Shown here: one piece after another, positions 1-9,448 of the stretch
How the letters are laid out: each line of letters starts with the position of its first letter
Numbering within the stretch: position 1 is the stretch's first letter
Origin: Rhodothermales bacterium
Lineage (GTDB): Bacteria > Bacteroidota > Rhodothermia > Rhodothermales > JAHQVL01
Direction: 5' to 3'
Assembly (NCBI GenBank): GCA_034439735.1
Contig: JAWXAX010000302.1
Location: forward strand, 40,338 to 104,337
DNA length: 64,000 nucleotides
Program-made: the position numbers and the translations under genes
The notes under the pieces: generated by a model
What the model saw: the letters and a program-made list of their open reading frames with translations, nothing else
Told to the model about the DNA's origin: nothing
The model's database searches: none

Positions 1-110
1 GGATGACGGGATTTTTGATGAATTTGAATTGTTATGTGGCCTGAAACCACGGAAAATATGTAATCCAACTCCTGATTCGCATTACTCGCTAATCGTCTAT
101 TCGCTAATCG

Positions 111-863
111 CTACTCTCCCAGCTCTTCATACACCAGGTCCCGCGCCAGCTCGTTGGCCTCGTGCCACCCCTCCAGCGTGCCGGCATCGCCCCACCAGCC
201 CTTCAGGACGCCGTGCGTGAGCCGGCCCTGGCGCACGTAGGCGCTGCTCACATCGCTCACCTCGTATTCGCCGCGGGCGCTCGGTTTGAGGGCGCGGATG
301 ATGTCGTACACCGTGGCGTCGTAAAAATAGATGCCGGTGACGGAGAAATTACTCGGCGGCTGCGCCGGCTTTTCGATGATCTCGATAATCCGCCCGTCCT
401 CGAACCGCGGGACGCCGTAGCGCTCGGGGTCATGCACTTCTTTGAGCAGGATCCGCGCCCCGCCGCCGTCACGCGCGAGCTGATCCCGGTACGCCGCCAC
501 TTCATCCGTGATGTCCTCGGCGAGGATGTTGTCGCCCAGGATCACCAGGAACGGGTCGGCTCCGGTGTATACCTCACACAGCGCCATGGCCTGGGCGATG
601 CCGCCGGGTTCGTCCTGCACGCGGTACGTGAGGTCCAGCCCCAACGCCCGGCCGCTGCCGAGGAGGTTGACCACGTCGCCCATGTGTTCGGGGCTCGTGA
701 CAATCGCCACCTCGCGCACGCCGGCCCGTCGGAGCCGCATCAGCGGGTGGTAGATCATGGGATACAGCCCCACCGGTAACAGGTGCTTGTTCGTAACCTT
801 TGTCAGCGGATAGAGTCGGCTGCCAGTCCCGCCGGCGAGGACGATGCCTTTTAAGGGGTTCAA
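111..863 (-). CDS. rfbA: Sugar-phosphate nucleotidyltransferase, probably glucose-1-phosphate thymidylyltransferase (short form)
   Basis: 250-aa ORF (TTG start per track). N-terminal pyrophosphorylase signature GIVLAGGTGSRLYPLTKVTNKHLLPV. Lies directly downstream of rfbB on the same strand. Confidence 0.75.
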   Translation of the reverse strand: MNPLKGIVLAGGTGSRLYPLTKVTNKHLLPVGLYPMIYHPLMRLRRAGVREVAIVTSPEHMGDVVNLLGSGRALGLDLTYRVQDEPGGIAQAMALCEVYTGADPFLVILGDNILAEDITDEVAAYRDQLARDGGGARILLKEVHDPERYGVPRFEDGRIIEIIEKPAQPPSNFSVTGIYFYDATVYDIIRALKPSARGEYEVSDVSSAYVRQGRLTHGVLKGWWGDAGTLEGWHEANELARDLVYEELGE

Positions 864-977
864 ATTGGTTGGCAGGTTTCAGGTTGGCAAGTTGGCAGGG
901 GATACGGGTAACAGGTGGCACATGATTGCAGTATAATAACCTGCAACCTGAAAACCTGTAACCTGCAACTACCTACC
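864..977 (-). repeat. GCAGGTT/AACCTGC word hairpin, copy 1 (rfbB-rfbA spacer)
   Basis: Plus strand: arm of GGCAGGTT/TCAGGTT/GGCAAGTT words (about 868-899), about 38-nt spacer, then arm of AACCTGC/AACCTGA/AACCTGT words (938-977). On the sense (minus) strand it starts at the rfbB stop: TAGGTAGTTGCAGGTT. Same design at 29131 and 62257. Confidence 0.8.
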
Positions 978-2049
978 TCCCGTGGTATTGCCTGGTGTAA
1001 TACTCCAGGTACGATTTGTCCACAACGGCCGCAAGCCAGTCCTGGTTTGCCAGGTACCAGTCGACCGTCCGTCGCAGCCCGGTTTCGAGGGTGTGGCGGG
1101 GTTTCCAGCCCAGGGCCTCGGTCAGGCGCGCGTGGTCCATCGCATAGCGGAAGTCGTGGCCGGCGCGGTCGGTCACGTAGGTGATCAGGCGCTGGCTGGT
1201 GCCGGCGGGTGAACCCGTGAGTTCATCCACGAGATCCAGCAGGAGCCGGACGAGTTCGATGTTGGGCCGCTCGCTGTCGCCGCCGATGGCGTACGTCGCG
1301 CCCGTTTCGCCATGGAGGAGGATGGTTTCGATGGCCTCGGCGTGGTCCTCCACATACAGCCAGTCCCGCACATTTTTCCCCTGGCCGTAGACCGGCACCG
1401 GTTTTCCGTGCAGCGCGTTGAGGATAAACAGCGGGATGAGCTTCTCGGGAAACTGGTACGGGCCGTAATTATTCGAGCAATTGGAGAGGACAACCGGCAG
1501 CCGGTAGGTGTGGTGGTAGGCACGCACGAAATGGTCGGACGCCGCCTTGGAGGCTGAGTACGGCGAACGGGGGTCGTAGGGGGTCGTTTCGCTGAAGGAG
1601 CCCTCGTCGCCGAGGCTGCCAAAGACCTCGTCGGTGGAGACGTGGTAGAAGCGGTAATCGCCCCCGTCCGTCCAGTGCCGGCGGGCGGCCTCCAGCAGCG
1701 CCATCGTCCCCATCACGTTCGTCCGCGCAAACGCCAGCGGGTCCAGGATCGAGCGGTCCACATGCGACTCCGCCGCGAGGTGGATCACCGTCGTGAAGCG
1801 GTGTTCGTCGAACAGGGCATGGAGCGCCTCCAGATCCCCGATATCTCCCTGCACGAAGTGGTAGTTGGGCGCCGTCTCGATGGCCCGCAGGTTCGCCAGG
1901 TTGCCGGCGTAGGTGAGTTTATCCAGATTGACAAACACCACCTCGGGATGCCGTGGCACCAAGTGAAGCAGCAGGTTGGACCCGATGAAGCCGGCGCCGC
2001 CCGTCACCAGGACGCGCTCTGGGCGATGGGTTGTATTCGTCTGTCGCAA
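973..2049 (-). CDS. rfbB: dTDP-glucose 4,6-dehydratase
   Basis: Rossmann motif RVLVTGGAGFIGSN, catalytic YSASKA, SDR-extended pattern throughout. The track ORF runs to 2184 through an intergenic repeat, so I trimmed to the in-frame TTG at 2049 (MRQTNTTHRPERVLVTGG). Confidence 0.85.
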   Translation of the reverse strand: MRQTNTTHRPERVLVTGGAGFIGSNLLLHLVPRHPEVVFVNLDKLTYAGNLANLRAIETAPNYHFVQGDIGDLEALHALFDEHRFTTVIHLAAESHVDRSILDPLAFARTNVMGTMALLEAARRHWTDGGDYRFYHVSTDEVFGSLGDEGSFSETTPYDPRSPYSASKAASDHFVRAYHHTYRLPVVLSNCSNNYGPYQFPEKLIPLFILNALHGKPVPVYGQGKNVRDWLYVEDHAEAIETILLHGETGATYAIGGDSERPNIELVRLLLDLVDELTGSPAGTSQRLITYVTDRAGHDFRYAMDHARLTEALGWKPRHTLETGLRRTVDWYLANQDWLAAVVDKSYLEYYTRQYHGR

Positions 2050-2065
2050 ATTCCTTTTCCAGGCG

Positions 2066-2137
2066 TCATCCCCGACCCCGATCGGGGATCCAGCCGACTT
2101 GCAATTCGTCTGGATCCCGCATCGAGTGCGGGATGAC
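2066..2137 (+). repeat. Two-hairpin intergenic element, copy A
   Basis: ATCCCCGA-n6-TCGGGGAT, then CCAGCCGACTTGCAATTCGTCTGG, then ATCCCGCA-TCGAG-TGCGGGAT followed by GAC. Near-identical copy at 2229-2284 and a diverged copy at 17523-17593. Confidence 0.8.
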
Positions 2138-2228
2138 AAGTTTACATTGGGAGGATTCTGGCCAAAACATAGGTGACTCTCCAACGACGCTAGCCCGGTT
2201 CGGGTTCGGTGCCTGCCGCAGGCTTAGA

Positions 2229-2284
2229 ACGGGGATTCATCCGGCTTGCAATTCGTCTGGATCCCGCTTCAAGTGCGGGATGAC
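2229..2284 (+). repeat. Two-hairpin intergenic element, copy B
   Basis: CGGGGATTCATCCGGCTTGCAATTCGTCTGGATCCCGCTTCAAGTGCGGGATGAC. Aligns base-for-base with copy A apart from a few substitutions. Confidence 0.8.
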
Positions 2285-2357
2285 GAGAGGGCGATTCGCG
2301 AAATCCCACGGCCCCTTCGTACATTGCCTCCCCGTTCCACTCGACCAAGCTTCCGCC

Positions 2358-5159
2358 GTGGCCACCAACAACACCCTCTACCTTCTGGACGCGATGGCCC
2401 TCGCCTATCGCTCGCATTTTATCTTCATCAGCCGGCCCCTCATCAACTCCAAAGGACAGAACACCTCCGCCACCTACGGCTTCGCCTCGGCGCTGTTGAA
2501 ACTCATCGAGGACCACAAGATCGACCACATCGCCGTCGTGTTCGACGTGATGGGCGAAGGCGGCACCTTTCGCGACGAGCTGTATGGCGACTATAAGGCG
2601 CACCGCGACCCGCCCCCCGAAGAACTCCTCGCCAACATCCCGGTCATCAAAGCCCTCGTCCAGGCGTTCGACATCCCGGTCGTCGAACGGGAAGGGTTCG
2701 AGGCGGATGACGTCATCGGCACGCTGGCCCGCCTCGCGGAAGCGGACGGACAGAAGGTGGTCATTGTCTCTCCCGACAAGGACTTCCAGCAGCTCATCTC
2801 CGAAAAAATCACCCAGTACCGGCCGGCGTACCGGGGCGAGGAGTTCGACCCGATCACGCTCGAACGTTTCCGCGAGAAATTCGGCGTCGAGCCCATCCAG
2901 TTTATCGACATCCTGGCCTTGATGGGGGATACGGCCGACAACGTCCCCGGCGTGCCAGGGATCGGCGAAAAAGGGGCCATCCAGCTCGTGCAAGAATACG
3001 GGAGCGTCGAGGCGCTCGTCGAACGCGCTCCGGAGATCAAGGCCAAACGGGCGCGCGAAGGGCTCATCGAACACCGCGAGGCGGCGCTGCTGAGCAAGAA
3101 GCTGGTAACGATCGTGACGGATCTGGATGTGGATCTCGACTGGCACCAGCTACGCATCGAGAAGCCAAACCTCACCGAGATCGACCGGATCTGCCAGCTC
3201 ATGGAATTTGGAGGCCTCCGTGAAAAACTGCTCACGAAGGCCCGGATGATCCTCGGCGAAGAAGACGCCGGCACCCTGTTCGCCCGGCCGAAAGCGCCGG
3301 CGGAGCCCGAGGTGGGGCAGACCCTCTCGCTCGACCTCGGCGCGCCCGAAACCCTCCGCCGCCACGACCCCGCACGGGCCCGCTACCAGATCGTCCGCAA
3401 CCGGCAGGAGCTGGAGGGAGTGGCGAAAACCCTCGCCGCGCAGCCGCGGTTCGCCTTCGACACCGAAACCACCTCCGTCGACGCCATGTCCGCCGCGCTC
3501 GTCGGGATGTCGTTCGCATGGGAGGCCGACCAGGGCGTCTTTATCCCCACGCCGCTGCCCGACGGTACCTCGACTCCAGATATCCTCGCCGTTATTGGTC
3601 CGTTATTGCAAGTTAAAAAAGAGAAGATCGGTCACAACTTGAAGTACGACATCACGGTATTCCGCCGGCACGGGGTGGAGGTGGTGGGGCCGTATTTCGA
3701 CACGATGATCGCGCACTACTTGCTGGCGCCAGACGAGCAACACGGGCTCGACTTCGTCGCCCAGGCGGTCCTCGGCTACAAGATGATCCCGATCAGCGAC
3801 CTCATCGGGACCGGCAAAAACCAGATGTCGATGCGCGACGTCCCGCTCGACCAGATCGGGCCGTATGCCGCCGAGGATGCGGATATCGCCCTGCAGCTGG
3901 CGGACATCCTCGCGGCGGACCTGGACCGGGAAGACCTCCGGAAGATCGCCGACGGCATCGAATTTCCGCTGATGGATGTCTTGGTGGAGATGGAGATGAC
4001 GGGCGTTCGCGTGGACCGCGACGTGCTTGCCCGGCTTTCGAAGCAGATGGAGATCGACATCGCGGCGTTCGAGAAGCAGATTTACGAGGCCGCCGGCGAA
4101 TCCTTCAACATCGGCTCGCCCGTTCAACTCGGTGTCATCCTGTTCGATAAACTGGGCCTGCCGGTCATCGAAAAAACGCCGAAGGGCCAGGCCTCGACCC
4201 GTGAGCGCGTCCTCGAGGAGCTGGCGACCGAACATCCGCTACCGGGCCTCATCCTGGACTGGCGCGAGCTGGCCAAGCTCAAAAGCACGTATGTCGACAG
4301 CCTGCCCGAGCTCGTCAACCCCGAGACCGGCCGGATCCACACGAACTACAACCAGACGATCGCGGCGACGGGCCGGCTCTCGTCCACCAACCCGAACCTC
4401 CAGAACATCCCCGTCCGCACCCCGCAGGGCCAGGCTGTCCGCAAAGCCTTTATCCCCATCGAAGGCCATGTGTTGATGGCGGCGGACTATGTCCAGATTG
4501 AACTCCGCATCCTCGCTCACATGAGCGGCGACCCGGGGCTCAAGGCCGCGTTCGAGAAGGGGGAGGACATCCACACGGCCACCGCCGCGCTGGTCTATAA
4601 AATCCCCATCGACCAGGTGACGAAGGACCAGCGCCGGAAGGCGAAGGAGGTGAACTATGGCATCCCGTACGGCATCTCGGCCTTTGGGCTCGCCCAGCGG
4701 CTGCGGTGCCCGCGTGCCGAGGCGCAGATGCTGATCGACCAGTACCAGCAGGCTTACCCGGCGGTCGCCGGCTTTCTGGCGGCCCAGGTGGAAAAAGCCC
4801 GTGAAAAAGGGTATTGCGAGACGCTGCTCGGGCGCCGGCGGTATGTCCCGAACATCAACGCCCGCAACCGGAACGAACGTTCCTCCGCCGAGCGGATCTC
4901 CGTCAACATGCCCATCCAGGGCACCCAGGCGGACATGATCAAGCTCGCCATGATCCGTATCTACAACCGCCTCCACGCCGAGCAACGCGCCGCCCGGATG
5001 ATCCTGCAGGTGCACGACGAACTGGTGCTCACGCTTCCGCCGGCGGAAGTGGATGCGATCCGGGGACTCGTAGAACATGAAATGGTCAATGCGCTGCGTC
5101 TGGATCTGCCGATCGAGGTAGACATCAACGTGGCGAACAACTGGCTGGATGCCCATTGA
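2358..5159 (+). CDS. polA: DNA polymerase I
   Basis: 5-prime nuclease N-terminus (TLYLLDAMALAYRSHF), exonuclease-like middle, polymerase motifs (RRKAKEVNYGIPYGIS; ILQVHDELV). The track start at 2031 reads through the repeat elements, so I trimmed to the in-frame GTG at 2358 (MATNNTLYLLD), giving 933 aa. Confidence 0.9.
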   Translation: MATNNTLYLLDAMALAYRSHFIFISRPLINSKGQNTSATYGFASALLKLIEDHKIDHIAVVFDVMGEGGTFRDELYGDYKAHRDPPPEELLANIPVIKALVQAFDIPVVEREGFEADDVIGTLARLAEADGQKVVIVSPDKDFQQLISEKITQYRPAYRGEEFDPITLERFREKFGVEPIQFIDILALMGDTADNVPGVPGIGEKGAIQLVQEYGSVEALVERAPEIKAKRAREGLIEHREAALLSKKLVTIVTDLDVDLDWHQLRIEKPNLTEIDRICQLMEFGGLREKLLTKARMILGEEDAGTLFARPKAPAEPEVGQTLSLDLGAPETLRRHDPARARYQIVRNRQELEGVAKTLAAQPRFAFDTETTSVDAMSAALVGMSFAWEADQGVFIPTPLPDGTSTPDILAVIGPLLQVKKEKIGHNLKYDITVFRRHGVEVVGPYFDTMIAHYLLAPDEQHGLDFVAQAVLGYKMIPISDLIGTGKNQMSMRDVPLDQIGPYAAEDADIALQLADILAADLDREDLRKIADGIEFPLMDVLVEMEMTGVRVDRDVLARLSKQMEIDIAAFEKQIYEAAGESFNIGSPVQLGVILFDKLGLPVIEKTPKGQASTRERVLEELATEHPLPGLILDWRELAKLKSTYVDSLPELVNPETGRIHTNYNQTIAATGRLSSTNPNLQNIPVRTPQGQAVRKAFIPIEGHVLMAADYVQIELRILAHMSGDPGLKAAFEKGEDIHTATAALVYKIPIDQVTKDQRRKAKEVNYGIPYGISAFGLAQRLRCPRAEAQMLIDQYQQAYPAVAGFLAAQVEKAREKGYCETLLGRRRYVPNINARNRNERSSAERISVNMPIQGTQADMIKLAMIRIYNRLHAEQRAARMILQVHDELVLTLPPAEVDAIRGLVEHEMVNALRLDLPIEVDINVANNWLDAH

Positions 5160-5335
5160 TCCGTTCAGCGGACTCGAATAAATCGAAAAACGCGCCGTAC
5201 GGATGTAATAAAACGCCTCTTGAATACCGGAACCCGGGGTGTATTCTCTTTTGCTTAGCCCGAGACGCGCGATGGCCGGGAAAAGCCTGTGGGGAGAAGC
5301 CATCGCGTGGCCTTACGGTACCTTCATATAAATTG

Positions 5336-7582
5336 ATGTCGAAATTTGTTGTATTTCTGCTGCTGTTGAGCGTGACCGGGCGACATGTGGGAGCTCAGGA
5401 AGTGGGCGGGGTGCTGGAGATCACGCGCCTGACGGAGGCCGTTAACCTGGACGGAGTCGTGGACGAGGCGGCATGGGACGCCGTCGCACCGCTGCCGCTT
5501 ACCATGTAAGAGCCGAGCTTCGGTGGGGTGAAAACCGAACACACGGAAATCCGCATTGGATACGACGATCAGTTCCTGTATGTATCGGGAAAGATGTTCG
5601 ACTCGGAGCCGGCCGGCATCCGGGCGAACTCCATGTACCGCGACCTGTACAGTGGGGACGATACGTTCGCGCTGATCGTGGATACCTTCAACGACCGGGA
5701 AAACGCGTTGTGGTTCATGACCACACCCAACGGCATCCGGCTCGATCTGGCGATTTCGAACGATGGTGAGATGGGGGGCGGCGGCACGAACCGAGCAGCG
5801 CCTTTCGGGCGCAACGTCAGCTCAAGCTGGAACACCTACTGGGATGTCGCCACCACCCGAACCGCCGAGGGCTGGTTCGCCGAAATGCGTATCCCGTTTT
5901 CAAGCCTCGGTTTCCAGGACCGCAATGGCGTGGTAGAAATGGGCATCAGCGCCCACCGGTATATCGCGCGTAAAAACGAACGCCACGTATTTCCGGCCGT
6001 ACCGCCTAATTGGATGCAGGCCTTTCTAAAACCCTCCCTGTTCCAGGCTGTCCGCCTCCGGGGCGCTCGTAGCCAGCGGCCGCTATACGTAACGCCGTAC
6101 GCCGCCGGCGGGCTCTCGCAGGTGAATGCCCTTAATCCGGACGGAACCGCGTACGTCCGCGGCGATGACGCCACCGGGGACGTGGGGGTGGATCTCAAGT
6201 ATAACCTGACCAGCAACCTCACCCTCGACCTGACCGTTAATACCGATTTCGCGCAGGCCGAGTCCGACGACGAGCAGGTGAACCTCACCCGGTTCTCGCT
6301 GTTTTTCCCCGAAAAACGGCAATTCTTCCAGGAGCGAGCCGGCCTGTTCGATTTTCGAACGCAGGGCCGCGACGACCGCCTCTTTAACACCCGCCAGATC
6401 GGCCTATACGAGGGCCAGACCATCCCCATCATCGCCGGCGCACGCATGGTGGGCCGGGTAGGTAAGTGGGATATGGGCCTCATCGACATGCAAACGGCCC
6501 GGCACACCCTGCTGCCGTCGGAGAATTTCGGGGTGTTCCGGTTCCGGCGGCAAGTGCTTAATGCCAATTCGTACGGGGGCGGCATGTTCACCTCACGCCT
6601 CGGAGAAGATGGCAGCTCGAACTACGCCTACGGGCTCGACGCGATCGTACGCGTCGGGGCAGCCGAGTACATGGAGATCAAGTGGGCGCAGTCCTTTGAC
6701 GACTCCACCAACAACGGCCGCGGGTACGCCCCTTCCCAGACCGGATACGGGCGCGCCCGGATCGAACGACGCGGAGTGATTGGCCTGTCCTATATCGCAT
6801 TGGTAACCTGGCAGGGGGCCGACTTCAACCCGGGCATCGGGTTTGTGTCGCGGACCGACTTCGTGCAGCCCTTTTTTCGGGTGTCGTATGGCTGGTTCGC
6901 CGGCGAAAGCTCCCGCATTCGCTCGCTGCGGCCCGGCCTCTTCGCCAATACCTATGTACGCAACGCCGACGGCGTCCTCGAGTCGGGCATGTACCAGGCC
7001 GAATTCGAGATGCTCATGAAGTCCGGCGATATGCACACGTTACAGATCGAAACCGCCTATGAAGACCTCCGCGAACCGGTCGATTTTCCTGAAAATACCC
7101 TGGTACCCGCCGGTGACTACCTCTATCCGTCGGTCCAGTGGGAATTCCGGATGCGTGACGGCAGTCTGCTCCGCACCAACGCCCAGGTGACGGCCGGCGC
7201 GTTTTTCGACGGCTGGAACGTAGGCATCCAGGCCGAACCTACCTGGAACGTGTCGCGCTTGCTCGAGTTGGGGGCCACCTACCAGTTTAACCGCGTTCGA
7301 TTCCCCGAGCGCCAGGAGGAGTTTTATGTTCACCTCGCCCGCGTGCGTGCACAACTCGGTTTCACGACGAGGATGTCGCTGAGCACCTTCTTGCAATACA
7401 ACACATCCACGGATTCTTTTACCAGCAATTTTCGATTCCGGTATAACTTCCGCGAGGGGAGCGACCTCTGGCTGGTGTACAACGAAGGACGATTCACGGA
7501 CCGCTACGCCGTGACGCCTATCTTGCCTGAACTGGACTTCCGGACAGTGCTGGTGAAGTACACGTACACGTTTATCCGGTAA
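5336..7582 (+). pseudogene. DUF5916 / CBM9-like secreted protein interrupted by an in-frame TAA
   Basis: The signal-peptide ORF (ATG 5336, MSKFVVFLLLLSVTG) and the 684-aa ORF (5528-7582) share one frame. Only TAA 5507-5509 separates them: PLPLTM*EPSFGGVKTEHTEIRIGYDDQFLYVSGKMFD. The junction reads like the conserved N-terminal core of the family. Confidence 0.65.
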
Positions 7583-7649
7583 CGAAAGGGGGATTGATGG
7601 TCGATTGTTCATGGTCGATGGCAGAAAATCATCCATCAACCATCTCCCT

Positions 7650-9197
7650 TCACCCATCCGTACATCCCGCCTCGACCGGGAAACACGTCCGCAGGCCGGC
7701 GACGAATTGCAGGATCAGCGCGGCGTCAAACGCAGATACGTCGCCATTTCCGGATACATCACCCACGGCCAGCGAAGCCGGCTCGAGCAGGATCTGCCCG
7801 ACGGCGTGGATGAGAATCTGTGAGGCGTCCAGCGCGGAGATCGTACCATTCAGCGACACATCGCCCAGCGCCGGCCCACCGCCTCCGCCTGCGTAGAAGA
7901 AGGCCGTGGCCGGGATCTCGGTTTTCGAAAAGCCCGGTCCGGCCCAGCTGGTGGATAACGCGGCGTCGCCGGTGCGCTCGAAATAGCCGACCGTGATGGC
8001 GTGCAGGCCGGCCTTGAGCCCGATCGTTCCGCTGCGTTCCTGAATGGACTGGATGCTGTCATTGTCCACCACCAGCCGGTCCCCGATATACATTTGGCTA
8101 CCGTCGTCGGAGGCGGTGTAGAGCGTGTACTGGCCGTCGTTAGGGGCGTTGAGGTAGCCGGTGAAGCGGAGGAGGTAGCCGTCGGCGATGATCGACTCGT
8201 CCAGGTCGATGTCATCTGTCACACCCGTCGCGACTGGCGTCAGAGCGTCGAAATCCCCCAGAAAATCCCAGGTCTGCTCATAATACTCGAACGCGATGCC
8301 CTGCACGGCGCCGGCCGGGTTTTCGGGCTCGCGCAGGTCGCCCACCGTCCCTTCGTTCTTGTACGTTGCCGTGATAGACACGTCAAACGCCGGCATCGTG
8401 AGGGTCGTCGTCGCGGCCAGGGCGTTGGCGAGGTGCGTCGTGGCGCCGGTCCACCGATCGAACACCTGGTCGGCCGGCGCGGCGTCGGCGCGGACCGTGA
8501 TCGTCGTTCCCGGCGGGTACGTGCCGTCTCCCGTGCCATTTACCACGGTGAGCGAGCCGCTGCCGCCTCCGGCGCCTTCTTTTGGCGATTCCGGGTAGGT
8601 GAGATTCTCGGGATCGGAGACGCCCGAGCTTTTGTAAATGTGGATGCGGTCCACACGGAAGTTGTTCGAGCGGCCGGACAGATAGACGGTGTTGACGCCG
8701 GCGGCGAGATCAAACAACGGGCTGGTGAACACGCCGCCACTGGGCTCCATTACGGTGTGGAACGTGAATCCCTCGTTCATGCGGCCGCTCGGGTGAACGG
8801 CTTTGTCCCAATCGCCGTCGTTCACCTTCAGCCAGCAGTCGTTTTCCTGGTCGCCGGCCGGCGCCCCCAGATGCGACATGCGGAGCTTGACAAAGTACTC
8901 GCCGGGATCATCCACCCGAAACGAAAGGGCGAGCGTCCCGTTGCCGGGTGTGTTCAGGGAGTTCGGACCGTCATATCGCAGATAGCCACTTCCGGTGTGG
9001 CCGGCCTCGGAGGACTCGATTACCCATTGGCCCGTCAGGGGCAGCGACTCGGCCTGCACCACTACAAGGCCGTTCTGCGGCAGATACACCGCGCCCTGGG
9101 CGAGGGTGTAGCGGGGCCCGGCAACGAGGGCAACGAGCGCGAGAAATAGCGCCGGCAGGCGGCTGGCGAAATGTGAAGCGGATGGCGTGAACGTCAT
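7650..9197 (-). CDS. Secreted multidomain protein: CBM-like N-domain, Ig-like repeat, PA14 domain, C-terminal dockerin-like repeats
   Basis: Signal peptide from ATG 9197 (MTFTPSASHFASRLPALFLALVALVAG). PA14-like block (GYLLRFTGYLNAPNDGQYTLYTASDDGSQMYIGDRLVVDND). C-terminal pair GDVSLNGTISALDASQIL / GDVSGNGDVSAFDAALIL resembles dockerin type I Ca-binding repeats. Confidence 0.65.
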   Translation of the reverse strand: MTFTPSASHFASRLPALFLALVALVAGPRYTLAQGAVYLPQNGLVVVQAESLPLTGQWVIESSEAGHTGSGYLRYDGPNSLNTPGNGTLALSFRVDDPGEYFVKLRMSHLGAPAGDQENDCWLKVNDGDWDKAVHPSGRMNEGFTFHTVMEPSGGVFTSPLFDLAAGVNTVYLSGRSNNFRVDRIHIYKSSGVSDPENLTYPESPKEGAGGGSGSLTVVNGTGDGTYPPGTTITVRADAAPADQVFDRWTGATTHLANALAATTTLTMPAFDVSITATYKNEGTVGDLREPENPAGAVQGIAFEYYEQTWDFLGDFDALTPVATGVTDDIDLDESIIADGYLLRFTGYLNAPNDGQYTLYTASDDGSQMYIGDRLVVDNDSIQSIQERSGTIGLKAGLHAITVGYFERTGDAALSTSWAGPGFSKTEIPATAFFYAGGGGGPALGDVSLNGTISALDASQILIHAVGQILLEPASLAVGDVSGNGDVSAFDAALILQFVAGLRTCFPVEAGCTDG

Positions 9198-9448
9198 AGG
9201 GCTGTACGTGGGGGATGGGGCGGAAAGCAAAAAGGCATTACCCAAGGAATATGCCAGATCCTACCAAAAACATAGTTATGCGCCAAAAGCGCATGCCGCG
9301 ATACGCCATACCTCCCGACTTTCGACCCGCGAGACCCCTGGCGGAGGTTTGCCGCCTTCAGCCGTCCGACGGAAACAGCGGCGAGAGGCTTCGGTTAGAC
9401 GACAGGAATCTCCCCATCCCTGTTTCGATCTCACGCTGAACCGGATTC

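Noticed and set aside
2031-2357. N-terminal extension of polA (1042-aa track ORF) and of rfbB (to 2184)
   Set aside because: Both extensions translate the intergenic two-hairpin repeat elements. Conserved N-termini begin at GTG 2358 (polA) and TTG 2049 (rfbB).
5265-5308. 9-bp inverted repeat CGCGATGGC-n22-GCCATCGCG downstream of polA as an intrinsic terminator
   Set aside because: There is no T-tract and the loop is long. It could equally be a regulatory dyad for the downstream gene, and the evidence is too weak to call either.
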